DNA from: a virus
Taxonomy: Duplodnaviria; Caudoviricetes
Virus record (IMG/VR): IMGVR_UViG_3300021389_000023
Coordinates: 1-60,676 of that record
Direction: 5' to 3' (one strand)
DNA length: 60,676 nt
Every line of letters begins with the position of its first letter. Position 1 is the stretch's first letter. Position numbers and translations under genes: made by a program. Under the pieces are notes generated by a model that ran no database searches, was not told the DNA's origin, and worked only from the letters and a program-made list of their open reading frames with translations. This document shows positions 25,152 through 35,957 of the stretch, in pieces.

Positions 25152-26219
25152 ATGGAAATAAAAATAAAAGAGGTCGATGGTCCTGGACAGAAATCGATCC
25201 AAGAGGTCGAGGAAAAATTAATTGATCAACAGACCGAACAAGTAGAGGTCGAGAATACTACAGATGAAAAGACTGTAGAAGATAACACTCCTCAGTTTGG
25301 TGAGGAAGACGTTCTTTCATTTATTAAGAATAGATATGAAAAAGATATAAACTCTATAGACGAGTTGTTCTCTCAGCGTGAGCAGAATGATGAACTACCA
25401 GAGGATGTATCATCCTTCTTGAAGTATAAGAAGGAAACAGGTCGAGGTATTAATGACTTCATGAAGTTACAGATTGACTATGATGAACTAGACCCAGACC
25501 AAGTATTGCGTGACTATTATGCTGAAACCGAAAATGATTTAGACTCTGAGGATATTAATTACCTTATGAGTGAGAAATTTTCTTATGACGAAGATTTGGA
25601 TGATGAGTCGGAGATTAAGAATAAGCAGATCGCAAAGAAAAGAGAACTTGCAAAAGCTAAGAAGCATTTCAATGATCTAAAGGAGGCGTATAAGGTCCCT
25701 GTCGAGTCGACGGGTTCACCTGTCAACGAAGATGAAATGGAGTCCTACAAGGCTTACAAGGAATATATATCACAATCAGAAAGTATCCAAGAACAGAATC
25801 AGAAGCGTTCCGAATACTTCACCCAAAAGACTAACGATCTTTTCAACGATGATTTCAAAGGTTTTGAATTCGCAGTCGGTGATCAGAAGGTTATATTTAA
25901 TCCAGGTGACGTTAAGGAGGTAAAGAAGGTTCAGTCAGACGTAAATAACTTTATCTCTAAATTTTTAGATGATTCAGGTATGGTGAATGACCATGTTGGA
26001 TACCATAAGGCTTTAAGTGCTGCTTTGAATCCAGATAAACTTGCCACATACTTCTATGAGAAGGGTAAGTCTGACGCTGTTGATAATGTAGGTAAGACGA
26101 TAAAAAACATCGATATGGATGTTCGTTCTACACCTCAACAGATGACAACTAATGAAGGGTTTAAAATAAGAGCTGTAGAGTCTAATTCTAGTCGTGGTCT
26201 AAAGATTAAAAAAAGATAA
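25152..26219 (+). CDS. Putative capsid scaffolding protein
   Basis: Acidic and helical; lies between portal and major capsid genes. Confidence 0.75.
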   Translation: MEIKIKEVDGPGQKSIQEVEEKLIDQQTEQVEVENTTDEKTVEDNTPQFGEEDVLSFIKNRYEKDINSIDELFSQREQNDELPEDVSSFLKYKKETGRGINDFMKLQIDYDELDPDQVLRDYYAETENDLDSEDINYLMSEKFSYDEDLDDESEIKNKQIAKKRELAKAKKHFNDLKEAYKVPVESTGSPVNEDEMESYKAYKEYISQSESIQEQNQKRSEYFTQKTNDLFNDDFKGFEFAVGDQKVIFNPGDVKEVKKVQSDVNNFISKFLDDSGMVNDHVGYHKALSAALNPDKLATYFYEKGKSDAVDNVGKTIKNIDMDVRSTPQQMTTNEGFKIRAVESNSSRGLKIKKR

Positions 26220-26243
26220 AAATAACAAAAAAAACATTAAATT

Positions 26244-27644
26244 ATGGCTTTTACATTAGGAGGATCTGTGAGTTTAACTCCAGCTCCAAGCCAGGTAACA
26301 TTACCTGGAAATTACATTACTGACTTCAACTTTTTGAATCAGTACTTACCAGACACTTACGAAAAAGAATTCGAGCGTTATGGTAACAGATCAGTTAGCT
26401 CTTTCTTAAGAATGGTTGGAGCTGAAATGCCTTGTACTTCTGACTTAATCAAGTGGTCTGAGCAAGGACGTTTACACATTAAATATGAGGGTGTTACTCT
26501 TGACGATGCTGAAGTAGCTGGTCAGGATGACGTTGTACTTAACATTACAGGTCACGCACTTAGAAAAGGACAGACTGTAATGGTATCTGATGGATCTACA
26601 TCAGCTACTGCTTCTTTCAAAGGTATCATCACTGCTACTACTGCTGATACTGTAACTGTAGCTATCTATGACGCAGCTGGTCTTCCTGCTGTTGCTGGAT
26701 TAGCATCAGGTGATAACTCTGCTACTGACTTAGACTTATTTGTTTATGGTTCTGAATTTAAAAAAGGATCAAACGGAATGGATGGTGCTTTAGAGGCTGA
26801 AGAGGATATCAAGGAAAATAACCCAATCATCATCAAGGACAAGTATTCAGTATCAGGTTCTGACATGGCTCAGATCGGATGGATCGAAGTTGAAGGAGAG
26901 AATGGTTCAGGATACCTATGGTACTTAAAGTCTGAGCACGAAACTCGTCAGCGTTTTGAAGATTATTTAGAGACTGCAATGATCGAGGCTGTTCCTGCTG
27001 AGGCTAACTCTGGAGCAATTGCTGCTAGTGGAGACTTAGGAAATAAAGGTTCTGAAGGTTTATTCTACGCTATAGAAAATGGTGGTAACACTACTACAGG
27101 TTCTTTAGCTGATTTAGATGATATCGATGCTGTTGTTACTCGTTTAGATAAGCAAGGTGCTATCGAAGAGAACGTTCTTTTCGTTAACCGTGCACTTTCT
27201 TTCGAGATTGACAATGTATTAGCTGCACAGAATAACTTCGGTTCTTCAGGTGCTTCTTTTGGATTGTTTGATAACGATCAAGATATGGCTTTAAACTTAG
27301 GATTCAACGGATTCCGTAGAGGATATGACTTCTATAAGTCTGACTGGAAGTACTTAAATGATGCAACTATGAGAGGTGGTATCGTTGGTGGTGCTGTAGA
27401 CGGAGTATTAGTTCCTGCTGGATCTACTAACGTTTATGACCAAATCATGGGTAAAAACGCTAAGCGTCCATTCTTACACGTAAGATATAGAGCTTCTGAA
27501 ACTGAAGATCGTAAGATGAAGTCTTGGATCGTAGGTTCTGCTGGAGGTGCTTCAAATAGCGATTTAGATGCTATGGAGGTTCACTTCTTATCAGAGAGAG
27601 CTTTATGTACATTAGGTGCAAACAATTTCTTCTTATTTAAATAA
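26244..27644 (+). CDS. Major capsid protein
   Basis: 466 aa; highly biased codon usage; position; downstream hairpin; W.EQGRLH motif. Confidence 0.88.
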   Translation: MAFTLGGSVSLTPAPSQVTLPGNYITDFNFLNQYLPDTYEKEFERYGNRSVSSFLRMVGAEMPCTSDLIKWSEQGRLHIKYEGVTLDDAEVAGQDDVVLNITGHALRKGQTVMVSDGSTSATASFKGIITATTADTVTVAIYDAAGLPAVAGLASGDNSATDLDLFVYGSEFKKGSNGMDGALEAEEDIKENNPIIIKDKYSVSGSDMAQIGWIEVEGENGSGYLWYLKSEHETRQRFEDYLETAMIEAVPAEANSGAIAASGDLGNKGSEGLFYAIENGGNTTTGSLADLDDIDAVVTRLDKQGAIEENVLFVNRALSFEIDNVLAAQNNFGSSGASFGLFDNDQDMALNLGFNGFRRGYDFYKSDWKYLNDATMRGGIVGGAVDGVLVPAGSTNVYDQIMGKNAKRPFLHVRYRASETEDRKMKSWIVGSAGGASNSDLDAMEVHFLSERALCTLGANNFFLFK

Positions 27645-27663
27645 GAATTAAAATATGTAATTT

Positions 27664-27690
27664 TTACCCTCGTTGTATTGACGGGGGTAA
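27664..27690 (+). terminator. Hairpin terminator after the capsid gene
   Basis: TTACCCTCGT...ACGGGGGTAA stem followed by a T-rich tail. Confidence 0.7.
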
Positions 27691-27723
27691 TTATTACTTT
27701 TATAAACTTTAAATTAAAATCAA

Positions 27724-28467
27724 ATGAAAAAACAAGTAGTCCTAAAGGACAGAACCTATCGGTTAAAAGGAAAGACAGCTTCTATTGTCTTTATTCTAAA
27801 TTCACGTAACTCACGTAGAAAACCATTACTACATTTTGACGGAAAACAAAACCGTGCTTTAAGGTATTCATCAAACCAATCATCACCATTTCAGGATGAT
27901 CAGGATGATAATGCTATTATTGAACCTGTTGTTTTTGAGGATGGTATGTTATTTGTACCTAAAACAAATCCTGTACTTCAGGAATTTTTATCACTTCACC
28001 CAGGGAATGGAACTATATTTGAAGAGGTAGACAATGAGAAAGATGCTACAGTAGAGGTTGAGATTTTAGATGCTCAGATTGATGCTCAGGTAGCTGCAAA
28101 GAATCTTGATATAGATATGTTAGAAACTATAGGTAGAATAGCTCTTGGATTGAATGTGGATAAGATGTCTACATCTGAACTAAAGAGAGATGTTCGTCTA
28201 TATGCAAGAAACAGTCCAGAAGATTTCTTGGACACACTTAATGATCCAATGTTAAAGATCCAGAAGTTAGCTTCTGATTGTATGAGTCAAGGATTATTAT
28301 CAATAAGAAATAAGGGTAAGGATGTTTACTTTAACCTACCTCAGAACAAGAAGAAGTTATTGAGTATACCTTTCGGTGATACTGCTATACAGGCTTTGGC
28401 TATGTTCTTCCAGACGGATGATGGCATTGAACTTATGTCTATGCTTGAGAACAAGTTAGAGGACTAA
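27724..28467 (+). CDS. Conserved hypothetical protein after the capsid gene
   Basis: 247-aa ORF with an A-rich leader. Confidence 0.8.
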   Translation: MKKQVVLKDRTYRLKGKTASIVFILNSRNSRRKPLLHFDGKQNRALRYSSNQSSPFQDDQDDNAIIEPVVFEDGMLFVPKTNPVLQEFLSLHPGNGTIFEEVDNEKDATVEVEILDAQIDAQVAAKNLDIDMLETIGRIALGLNVDKMSTSELKRDVRLYARNSPEDFLDTLNDPMLKIQKLASDCMSQGLLSIRNKGKDVYFNLPQNKKKLLSIPFGDTAIQALAMFFQTDDGIELMSMLENKLED

Positions 28468-28495
28468 AACTTACCATATAACACATATTATCTAG

Positions 28496-28529
28496 ACCCT
28501 TTCAGAAATGAAGGGGTTTATTTATTTTT
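28496..28529 (+). terminator. Intrinsic terminator
   Basis: ACCCTTTCA-GAAA-TGAAGGGGT followed by a T tract. Confidence 0.7.
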
Positions 28530-28531
28530 AC

Positions 28532-28539
28532 TATCTTTG
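28532..28539 (+). promoter_or_regulatory. -7 box TATCTTTG heading the tail tube operon
   Basis: Consensus match immediately after the terminator. Confidence 0.6.
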
Positions 28540-28555
28540 CATAAACTTTTACAAG

Positions 28556-29530
28556 ATGATAAACAGTGTAAGAAATACTGTGTTGGCTGTAGCTAACAAG
28601 CAAAACTTCGGATATATAAGTCCTGCTGACTTTAATCTTTATGCAAAGCAGGCACAGTTAGATATTTTTGAGGATTATTTCTATAGATATAATGAATGGA
28701 TGGTCAAACAGAACTCTAGAGTTTCAGGTAGTGGCTATGCTGATATAGTAAAAAATTTAGAAGAGGTTATTGACTTGTTTTCTGTTCAGGACTCTTTATA
28801 TAGGGTTAATCCACCGAGTGGTATTTCTAACTTATATAATATGCCTAACGAGACAAATAACGATGATACGTATTACCTTTTAAATAAGGTATTGGTATAT
28901 AAAAATATTTTAACAGAGGGAACTACTACTGGTGTTACTGTAGGAAATAATGGTGTTGTTGACACAAGCAAAGATTTTGTAAGTTTAGGAGTATCTGTAG
29001 GTGACTATGTTGCTATACAGGTAGGTGATAGAATTTTTTTCGAGAGAATAAATAGTATTACAGGTACAGATACTTTGGTTGTATCTAACACAAATATATC
29101 TAGCTCTTCAAGTGTTTATTCTGTATATGAGGCTAATACTATTCAGAAAGAAGTAGAGAGAGTTTCTCATTCAAAGATAACAATGCTAAACTCATCAAAC
29201 CTTACAGCTCCTAAGTTAAACACTCCAGCATACACTCAGAGCGAGTTAACTATATCTGTATTTCCTAATAGCGTAGATGCAGTGGGTCAGGTTACTGCTC
29301 AATATATTAGGAAGCCAAGAGACCCTAAGTGGACATATACAAGTCTATCTGGAGGAGAGCCAGCTTTTGATCAGAGTTCAACTGACTATCAGGATTTTGA
29401 ACTACCTATTACTGATGAACCTAACTTAGTGAATAAGATACTAAAGTATGCAGGTATATCTATAAGAGAGGCTGACGTATATCAGACAGCAAGTAACGAA
29501 GAAATTAAAGAAGCACAAAAACAAGGATAA
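28556..29530 (+). CDS. Tail adaptor or tubular protein A-like
   Basis: Likely start MINSVRN; ANK...GYISP.DFN.YA pattern; position. Confidence 0.7.
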   Translation: MINSVRNTVLAVANKQNFGYISPADFNLYAKQAQLDIFEDYFYRYNEWMVKQNSRVSGSGYADIVKNLEEVIDLFSVQDSLYRVNPPSGISNLYNMPNETNNDDTYYLLNKVLVYKNILTEGTTTGVTVGNNGVVDTSKDFVSLGVSVGDYVAIQVGDRIFFERINSITGTDTLVVSNTNISSSSSVYSVYEANTIQKEVERVSHSKITMLNSSNLTAPKLNTPAYTQSELTISVFPNSVDAVGQVTAQYIRKPRDPKWTYTSLSGGEPAFDQSSTDYQDFELPITDEPNLVNKILKYAGISIREADVYQTASNEEIKEAQKQG

Positions 29531-30447
29531 TGGCATATTTAACAGGATATCAATATTACGAGAATGCAGGGTCTAACCCAGAGGATAATAATTGGGGATC
29601 ATATCAGTACATATCATTGGATGATATTGTAAACAACTTTATGTTGATGTATGTCGGTAATGATAAGTTGGTAAACAATGTTGAGAGGTATAATGTATTA
29701 TTCCATGCAAAGAGAGGTATACAGGAATTGAATTACGATGCGATGAAGGAGACAAAGATAGTTGAGCTATCTGTATCTGACAATGCAACAGTTGTTCTTC
29801 CTCCAGACTATGTAAACTGGGTTAGAATATCTTTATATAAGGATGGAGTCTTAATGCCTTTAACAGAGAATGTTAATACTAACTTTTCAAAGAGTTACCT
29901 ACAAGACAATGATGCTCGTGTATTATTTGATCAGGATGGAGATGTTCTTATAGGAAGTGGTATACTAGACCTAGATAGAATTGATGGTGTTCAAAAAACA
30001 CAATACTTAGGAGAGGGAAGAATGAATGGTTCTCTTGGGTATCAGATAGAAGGAAAATGGGTGTTTGATTACTCTGTAGGAGGTAGGTATGGTTTAAATA
30101 CTGAAACCGCTAATGCAAATCCAACATTTAAGATAAATAAATCTAGTGGAGTTATAAGCTTCAGTTCAGCTATGGCTGATCAGATTGTAGTTATAGAGTA
30201 TGTGTCTGATGGTATGGAAGGCGGAGATGATGCAAAGGTAAGTCTAAATAAGTTATTTGAAGATTACATATATGCATACATGAAGTACGCTATACTTAAT
30301 TCTAAGTTTGCTGTTCAGGAGTATGTAGTTAGGAGAGCTCAGAAAGATAAATCTGCTCTTTTAAGAAATGCCAAGATAAGACTTAGTAACATTCATCCTG
30401 GTCGCCTACTTATGAATATGAGGGGTGCTCAAAAATGGTTAAAATAG
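29530..30447 (+). CDS. Structural tail ring protein
   Basis: LPPDYVNWVRI motif; position. Confidence 0.7.
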   Translation: MAYLTGYQYYENAGSNPEDNNWGSYQYISLDDIVNNFMLMYVGNDKLVNNVERYNVLFHAKRGIQELNYDAMKETKIVELSVSDNATVVLPPDYVNWVRISLYKDGVLMPLTENVNTNFSKSYLQDNDARVLFDQDGDVLIGSGILDLDRIDGVQKTQYLGEGRMNGSLGYQIEGKWVFDYSVGGRYGLNTETANANPTFKINKSSGVISFSSAMADQIVVIEYVSDGMEGGDDAKVSLNKLFEDYIYAYMKYAILNSKFAVQEYVVRRAQKDKSALLRNAKIRLSNIHPGRLLMNMRGAQKWLK

Positions 30448-30448
30448 A

Positions 30449-33400
30449 ATGATTATAAACAAGAATTTTATAGGGTCTAGAATGAATAAAAGTCTAGACG
30501 AAAGATTAATACCTGCTGGTGATTATACGGATGCGTTAAACATACGTGTATCATCTTCTGAGGATGGTGAAGCATTAAGTGCTGAAAACACAAAAGGTAA
30601 TGAGCTGTTAGCAACACCTAGGTATGATGGAAAAGATGTGGCAGATGCTGTATGTATCGGTGCGTATGAGGATGGAGAAAATGAAAAAATATACTGGTTT
30701 TTAACGTCTGATGTTGTAGATATTATATTATCATACAATACCAAGTCAGATTCAATAACATATCATGTTGTATCAGAGACTGTATTAAACTTCGATGAGA
30801 GGTATCTTATCAATGGTATCAATCTTATAGATGACCTATTATTTTTTACAGACAATTATAATCAACCGAGACGTATAAACGTTCTGTCGTCATACCCTGA
30901 ACCAATTGGAGGTGTTGATCAGATTACAGAGGATGACATATCGGTTATAGTTAAGCCACCTGTAGATGCTCCTGTTTTAACACTATCAAAGAAAGCTAAG
31001 AAGGATAACTATATGGAGGAGAAGTTTATCCGATTTTCTTATAGATATAAGTACAAGGACGGAGAGTATTCTGCCCTTTCTGAGTTTTCAGATTTAGCAT
31101 TTACTCCAGGACAGTTTAGATTTGACTATGGTAGCTATGATATGATTGGTATGAGAAATAATATTAACTCTGTTAATGTTGATTTTTTTACTGGACCATC
31201 TGACGTTATTGGTATTGACTTGTGTTTCAAACTATCTAACACAAATATAATTAATGTTATAGAGAAGTACGATAAGTCAGAGATGGGATGGGGTGACAAT
31301 GACAATGTATCTGTAGAGTTCACTAACCAAAAGATATATACCACGCTACCAGAGAGTGAGTTACTAAGGTTATATGATAACGTTCCTAAGAAGGCTAAGG
31401 CACAGACAACTATAGGTAATAGGATTATGTATGGTAACTATTATGATGGACATAATGTAGACACCATTATTGATTACAGTATTGAACTTAATACTGAGGA
31501 TATAGGATTCAATCCTTTAGTAGAATCTAGGGATGATGGAACTGATTACACATTAGAAACACCTAATGTAACTATAACAAACTCAAGGCTAGATATAGAC
31601 CTTACTGATATTGATATGTTAGAGGGAGGTAGTCTTAATATAGATTTTAATATTGTTCATGATTCATTTGGTGGAGATGCTTCTTTTGTAGATGGAAGTG
31701 AGGTAGAGAATAATTACCAGGAAACGTTTGAATTTATATTCCCTAGAGATTTTTCAGATGCACAGGATCTTGCTACAGATACTGATTTTTTAGCCTCTAT
31801 AGAGTTAACAGACCCGACAGGATTCCCAGGTACTGAGGATGATGGATATAGCCTGAGTGACTTGTTTTTTTCAAATATAGTAGACCACGCTAGTGGTAAC
31901 TGGGGTATTTCTGATGGAGGTATTACATCTTCAGACCAAGGATTTATAGTATCTCACTCTGGAAATACACTAAGTATACAGATACCAGCAGTAGAGTTTG
32001 AGGATAGTACAAACCCTGGAACTTATGCATACGAATATTTCTCTAACAGCTCTACAACTACGTCCATAACTGAACAAGGTAATAGACAGAGTCTGCATAG
32101 TAATAGGGATTATGAGGTAGGTATTGTTTATCTTGACGAATATAACAGAGCTTCAACTGCTCTTGTTAGTAATTACAATACAGTGTATGTAGAGCCTCAG
32201 TACTCTATAAATAAGAACTCAATTACAACAACAATAAATAGTTTAGCTCCAAGCTGGGCAAAGAGATATAGGCTTGTAATGAAGCCGAGTAAGGGTAATT
32301 ACGAGACTGTTTATGTGCAGAACTATTATTTTGACACTAGTGAAGGTGCTTGGTGGTTAAAGCTTGAGGGTGATAATCAGACAAAGTTTAAGAACGGTGA
32401 CAGTTTAATAGTAAAGAAAGCATCAGATGGACCTACAACAGATGTTATAAAGACCAAGGTGTTAGATTTAGAGACAAAGGAAAAACATTTTATAGACGAG
32501 AATAATGAGGTCCCTCCTAGTAGTGGGGTGTATATGAAGGTCAGACCTAGTAATTTTACTATCGCTGAGTCCGAGGTAGAGGACATAGATTTTGATAGTT
32601 TGACTAAAAAAAATGGTGTTGGTCAAGCGTACCCTACATATATAGAAGACCCAGATAATCCAGGGACTTATATAGACTATTCAATAACGTCTGGAAGTGA
32701 GGTTAGGATATTTTTCAATAACCACAGAGCTGGTTCAGGAAGTGGTTGTGGATCTAGGTATTTTAAGTTCGATAGAACGTTTATAGCTACCAGAGATTAC
32801 GATAGTCTTTACGACTTCATAATAAGCGAGAACGTAGACTTCAACAACCCTACAAACAATCCAGGACCTGAGAGTTCTGACGACACTACCCCTAGCGCAG
32901 ATTTTGATGAAAGTATTGGGACAGCATTGGTTGTTCTCTCTACTTATAGTATAATATCTGGTGGTTATAATGCTGGTGAAGGTGTAACGGGTATTCAGTT
33001 TGTTAGAAATAATACACCAGGGACTTCTAATTACAGTTCTTTCTTGACATTCACTCAAGCTGGTAGTAAGTGTAATGGAAGAAACTATTGGCTTACTGTT
33101 CATATTCAGGTATTTAATGCAGGAGAACTTTTAGTTTTTGAGACTATACCAGAGGAAAACACTAACGAGATATACTACGAGAGTTTTAAGAGTTACCCAA
33201 TAACAGAGGACAGATACCATACTGGTGATGTTCAAGATCAGACAAGTAGTGATTCGTGTATTGTCAATCTAGATATGTATAACTGCTTTGCCTTTGGTAA
33301 CGGTGTTGAAAGTTTTAAGATAGAGGATGGTTTAGCTCAACCAGGGTTTAATCTTGGTGCTAGGGTGACTGCTGTGTCTGAGCAGGACTATAAGGAGGCT

Positions 33401-35158
33401 CATAGGTATGCAGACATTACTTATAGTGGTGTGTACAATCAGGAGACAAACCTTAACAAGCTAAACGAGTTCAATCTAGGTTTAGTAAACTTCAAGACGC
33501 TAGAACAAAACTTTGGACCTATAGAGGTACTTCATGCAAGGATGAGTGATATACTCACCCTTCAGGAGGATAAGATATCTTATGTACTTGCTAATGGTAA
33601 GAATTTATTTTCAGATGCACAGGCAGGAGGAGCTATACTATCCACACCTGACGTACTTGGACAACAAATACCAAGGATTGAGGAGTATGGTATAAGTAAT
33701 AATCCTGAAAGTTTTTCTAACTATGGTTTCGATATATTCTTCACAGACTCAAAGAGAGGTGCTGTAATAAACTTAAGAGGTGCTGGTGGTACAGGTGACC
33801 AGCTTAATGTTATTTCTTCATTAGGAATGCGTTCTTGGTTTAGAGATAGGTTTATAGAGAACACTAATAAAATGCATTTAGGTGAGTATGATCCTTACAT
33901 GAATGAGTATGTTTTATCATTTACTGATAACTTAATAGATGTACAGGAAGATACTAGAGATTGTGGATTCAGTTTAGCACAACAGTCATCAAGCACTGTA
34001 GCTACATATAATATTAACCTAGATGATTTTACAGGAGATGTTGATATTGATTACGACATTACAGCTGGTAGTTTAGATATACTTGTCACGTATGACGGTA
34101 CAGATGTACTAGACCAGGTGTTAACTGGAACAGGTACATTAACATTCTCAAAGGATGAACTGAATGTAAACGAGTGTGTGCTAGTACTGACACCAACAAA
34201 TGCTACATATGAAATAAACTTTGGATGTGTTCAGGCACAGCAGCTTACTGTTGTAAGGATAGTTAATAATACAGATGAAATGGAAGACCTAAGTATTCAT
34301 CACGAATACCTATGGGAGGATAATGGATTTTCTAGTCAGGTTGTGACTGATTCCTTTACTTTTGGTGAAGGTCCTGTATCTTTATACGAGACATCTACTA
34401 ACTTTGAGTCTCAAGGTGGATCACCATCTGAGGGTGCAACTGTCACTATGAGATATAAGAAGCTGGAAGGTGATTTGGCTGAATGGGATATTGACAAGTT
34501 CAAGTACCTAGTCTCTGATGTTCTTTATCAGGAAGGAGACATAGCTACACTTATACCTTTACTAACAGAGGCTACGCCTATATTAAGTCCAGAGACAGAT
34601 GTGTATGAGGCTTCATTTACATACACTAACACTTCTAATAATCAGTATCTGTATTTGGTATGGGATTATATAGATCAGGTTTCAGGTACAACTGTTACAG
34701 CTACGTTTGATAATAGCTTAGGGAATGAAAGGTATTCTAGTCAGTTTGGACTGTCTCCGTTATCTGTAACAAGCCCAGGCACACCAACTAGATTTGGTTG
34801 GACATTTACAGGATGGTCTCCAACACTTCCAACAACTATAACTTCAGACACTACGTTTACATCACAATGGTCGGATAATGGTGTGACATACGATAGCGTT
34901 GTAGCTGTGGATGATTGTAATGATGCTGATGGAGTTGCTACTAGTATTGTAAGTGTAGATGAGACTGATGCAATAATAGTTGGTCAAAACTTGTACCAGA
35001 CTAGTGGAGGAGATATAGTACTTCTTTCTTCTGGAACGTATAGACTATCTAGTGGTCTTACAGACGGACAGAGCTATGTATTATCAAGTATAACAGTGTC
35101 AGACTATGTAATTGTTATAGGTACTAGTGGAGTTATAATTAACATTATTCAATGCTAA
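30449..35158 (+). CDS. Tail tubular protein B (stabilisation, nozzle-like)
   Basis: MNKSLDER..P.G.Y.DALN N-terminus; 1569 aa, beta-rich. Confidence 0.8.
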   Translation: MIINKNFIGSRMNKSLDERLIPAGDYTDALNIRVSSSEDGEALSAENTKGNELLATPRYDGKDVADAVCIGAYEDGENEKIYWFLTSDVVDIILSYNTKSDSITYHVVSETVLNFDERYLINGINLIDDLLFFTDNYNQPRRINVLSSYPEPIGGVDQITEDDISVIVKPPVDAPVLTLSKKAKKDNYMEEKFIRFSYRYKYKDGEYSALSEFSDLAFTPGQFRFDYGSYDMIGMRNNINSVNVDFFTGPSDVIGIDLCFKLSNTNIINVIEKYDKSEMGWGDNDNVSVEFTNQKIYTTLPESELLRLYDNVPKKAKAQTTIGNRIMYGNYYDGHNVDTIIDYSIELNTEDIGFNPLVESRDDGTDYTLETPNVTITNSRLDIDLTDIDMLEGGSLNIDFNIVHDSFGGDASFVDGSEVENNYQETFEFIFPRDFSDAQDLATDTDFLASIELTDPTGFPGTEDDGYSLSDLFFSNIVDHASGNWGISDGGITSSDQGFIVSHSGNTLSIQIPAVEFEDSTNPGTYAYEYFSNSSTTTSITEQGNRQSLHSNRDYEVGIVYLDEYNRASTALVSNYNTVYVEPQYSINKNSITTTINSLAPSWAKRYRLVMKPSKGNYETVYVQNYYFDTSEGAWWLKLEGDNQTKFKNGDSLIVKKASDGPTTDVIKTKVLDLETKEKHFIDENNEVPPSSGVYMKVRPSNFTIAESEVEDIDFDSLTKKNGVGQAYPTYIEDPDNPGTYIDYSITSGSEVRIFFNNHRAGSGSGCGSRYFKFDRTFIATRDYDSLYDFIISENVDFNNPTNNPGPESSDDTTPSADFDESIGTALVVLSTYSIISGGYNAGEGVTGIQFVRNNTPGTSNYSSFLTFTQAGSKCNGRNYWLTVHIQVFNAGELLVFETIPEENTNEIYYESFKSYPITEDRYHTGDVQDQTSSDSCIVNLDMYNCFAFGNGVESFKIEDGLAQPGFNLGARVTAVSEQDYKEAHRYADITYSGVYNQETNLNKLNEFNLGLVNFKTLEQNFGPIEVLHARMSDILTLQEDKISYVLANGKNLFSDAQAGGAILSTPDVLGQQIPRIEEYGISNNPESFSNYGFDIFFTDSKRGAVINLRGAGGTGDQLNVISSLGMRSWFRDRFIENTNKMHLGEYDPYMNEYVLSFTDNLIDVQEDTRDCGFSLAQQSSSTVATYNINLDDFTGDVDIDYDITAGSLDILVTYDGTDVLDQVLTGTGTLTFSKDELNVNECVLVLTPTNATYEINFGCVQAQQLTVVRIVNNTDEMEDLSIHHEYLWEDNGFSSQVVTDSFTFGEGPVSLYETSTNFESQGGSPSEGATVTMRYKKLEGDLAEWDIDKFKYLVSDVLYQEGDIATLIPLLTEATPILSPETDVYEASFTYTNTSNNQYLYLVWDYIDQVSGTTVTATFDNSLGNERYSSQFGLSPLSVTSPGTPTRFGWTFTGWSPTLPTTITSDTTFTSQWSDNGVTYDSVVAVDDCNDADGVATSIVSVDETDAIIVGQNLYQTSGGDIVLLSSGTYRLSSGLTDGQSYVLSSITVSDYVIVIGTSGVIINIIQC

Positions 35159-35163
35159 AATAG

Positions 35164-35919
35164 ATGGATAAAACATTAACATACAGTGAGTCAGCTAAGG
35201 GATGGACTTCGTTCTATTCCTTTGAGCCAGATATGATGATAGGGATGAATAACTACTTTTATTCATTTAAGGGTGGAAGGTTGTATAGACACAATACCAA
35301 TAATACTAGGAATAATTTTTATGGAACACAGTATGTGTCTACTATAACTGGTGTCATAAATGAAGAACCATCTACAGTTAAGACATTTAAGACTATATCT
35401 TTAGAGAGTACTAAACCATTTAACTGTACGGTTACAAGTGATTTAGGTTCTGGCTTTATAGATAATACTTGGTTTAGTCTAAAGGAGGGTGATTACTACG
35501 CACACATTAGAAGAAATGATTCTGATGGAGTTTTTGAGATGAGGTCTCTTCAAGGTATTGGGTCTAGTACGGATGTAGATTCATCTGACACCTCAGCTGT
35601 ATTGATAACGTTTGGGTTTAGGCTAGACAGTATGATATCTGTCGGTGATAAGATGCGTATGACTTCACTTACAGGCACAGACTTTATTGGAGACATAACT
35701 TCTGTTGATGGTAAAACCATAACTGTAGACACTACGGTTGGTGGTGGTTCTGTACCTACTGTTGGAGAGTATTTGATGTATGTGAAGAACAATGTAGCTG
35801 AGTCTTATGGAACTACAGGATATTATCTAGAATACCATTTAGAGCTACCTGTTAATTTATCTAACACATTTACCGAGATATTTGGTGTAGGATCCTCTTT
35901 ATTCAAGAGTTATCCATAA
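35164..35919 (+). CDS. Tail protein resembling a separated C-terminal part of tubular protein B
   Basis: TLTYSE..KGWTSFYSF.P...K.FKTI.LES...KEG.Y pattern. Confidence 0.65.
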   Translation: MDKTLTYSESAKGWTSFYSFEPDMMIGMNNYFYSFKGGRLYRHNTNNTRNNFYGTQYVSTITGVINEEPSTVKTFKTISLESTKPFNCTVTSDLGSGFIDNTWFSLKEGDYYAHIRRNDSDGVFEMRSLQGIGSSTDVDSSDTSAVLITFGFRLDSMISVGDKMRMTSLTGTDFIGDITSVDGKTITVDTTVGGGSVPTVGEYLMYVKNNVAESYGTTGYYLEYHLELPVNLSNTFTEIFGVGSSLFKSYP

Positions 35920-35927
35920 AAAAATAG

Positions 35928-35935
35928 TATATTTG
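35928..35935 (+). promoter_or_regulatory. -7 box TATATTTG heading the ejection protein operon
   Basis: Consensus match in an intergenic gap. Confidence 0.6.
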
Positions 35936-35957
35936 CATTAATAAAAAACAATAATAT

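Noticed and set aside
25732-25923. 63-aa +1-frame ORF inside the scaffold gene (also 23982..24188 in the portal gene)
   Set aside because: No recognisable motif or clear leader; expected by chance in E/D-rich frames, though not excluded
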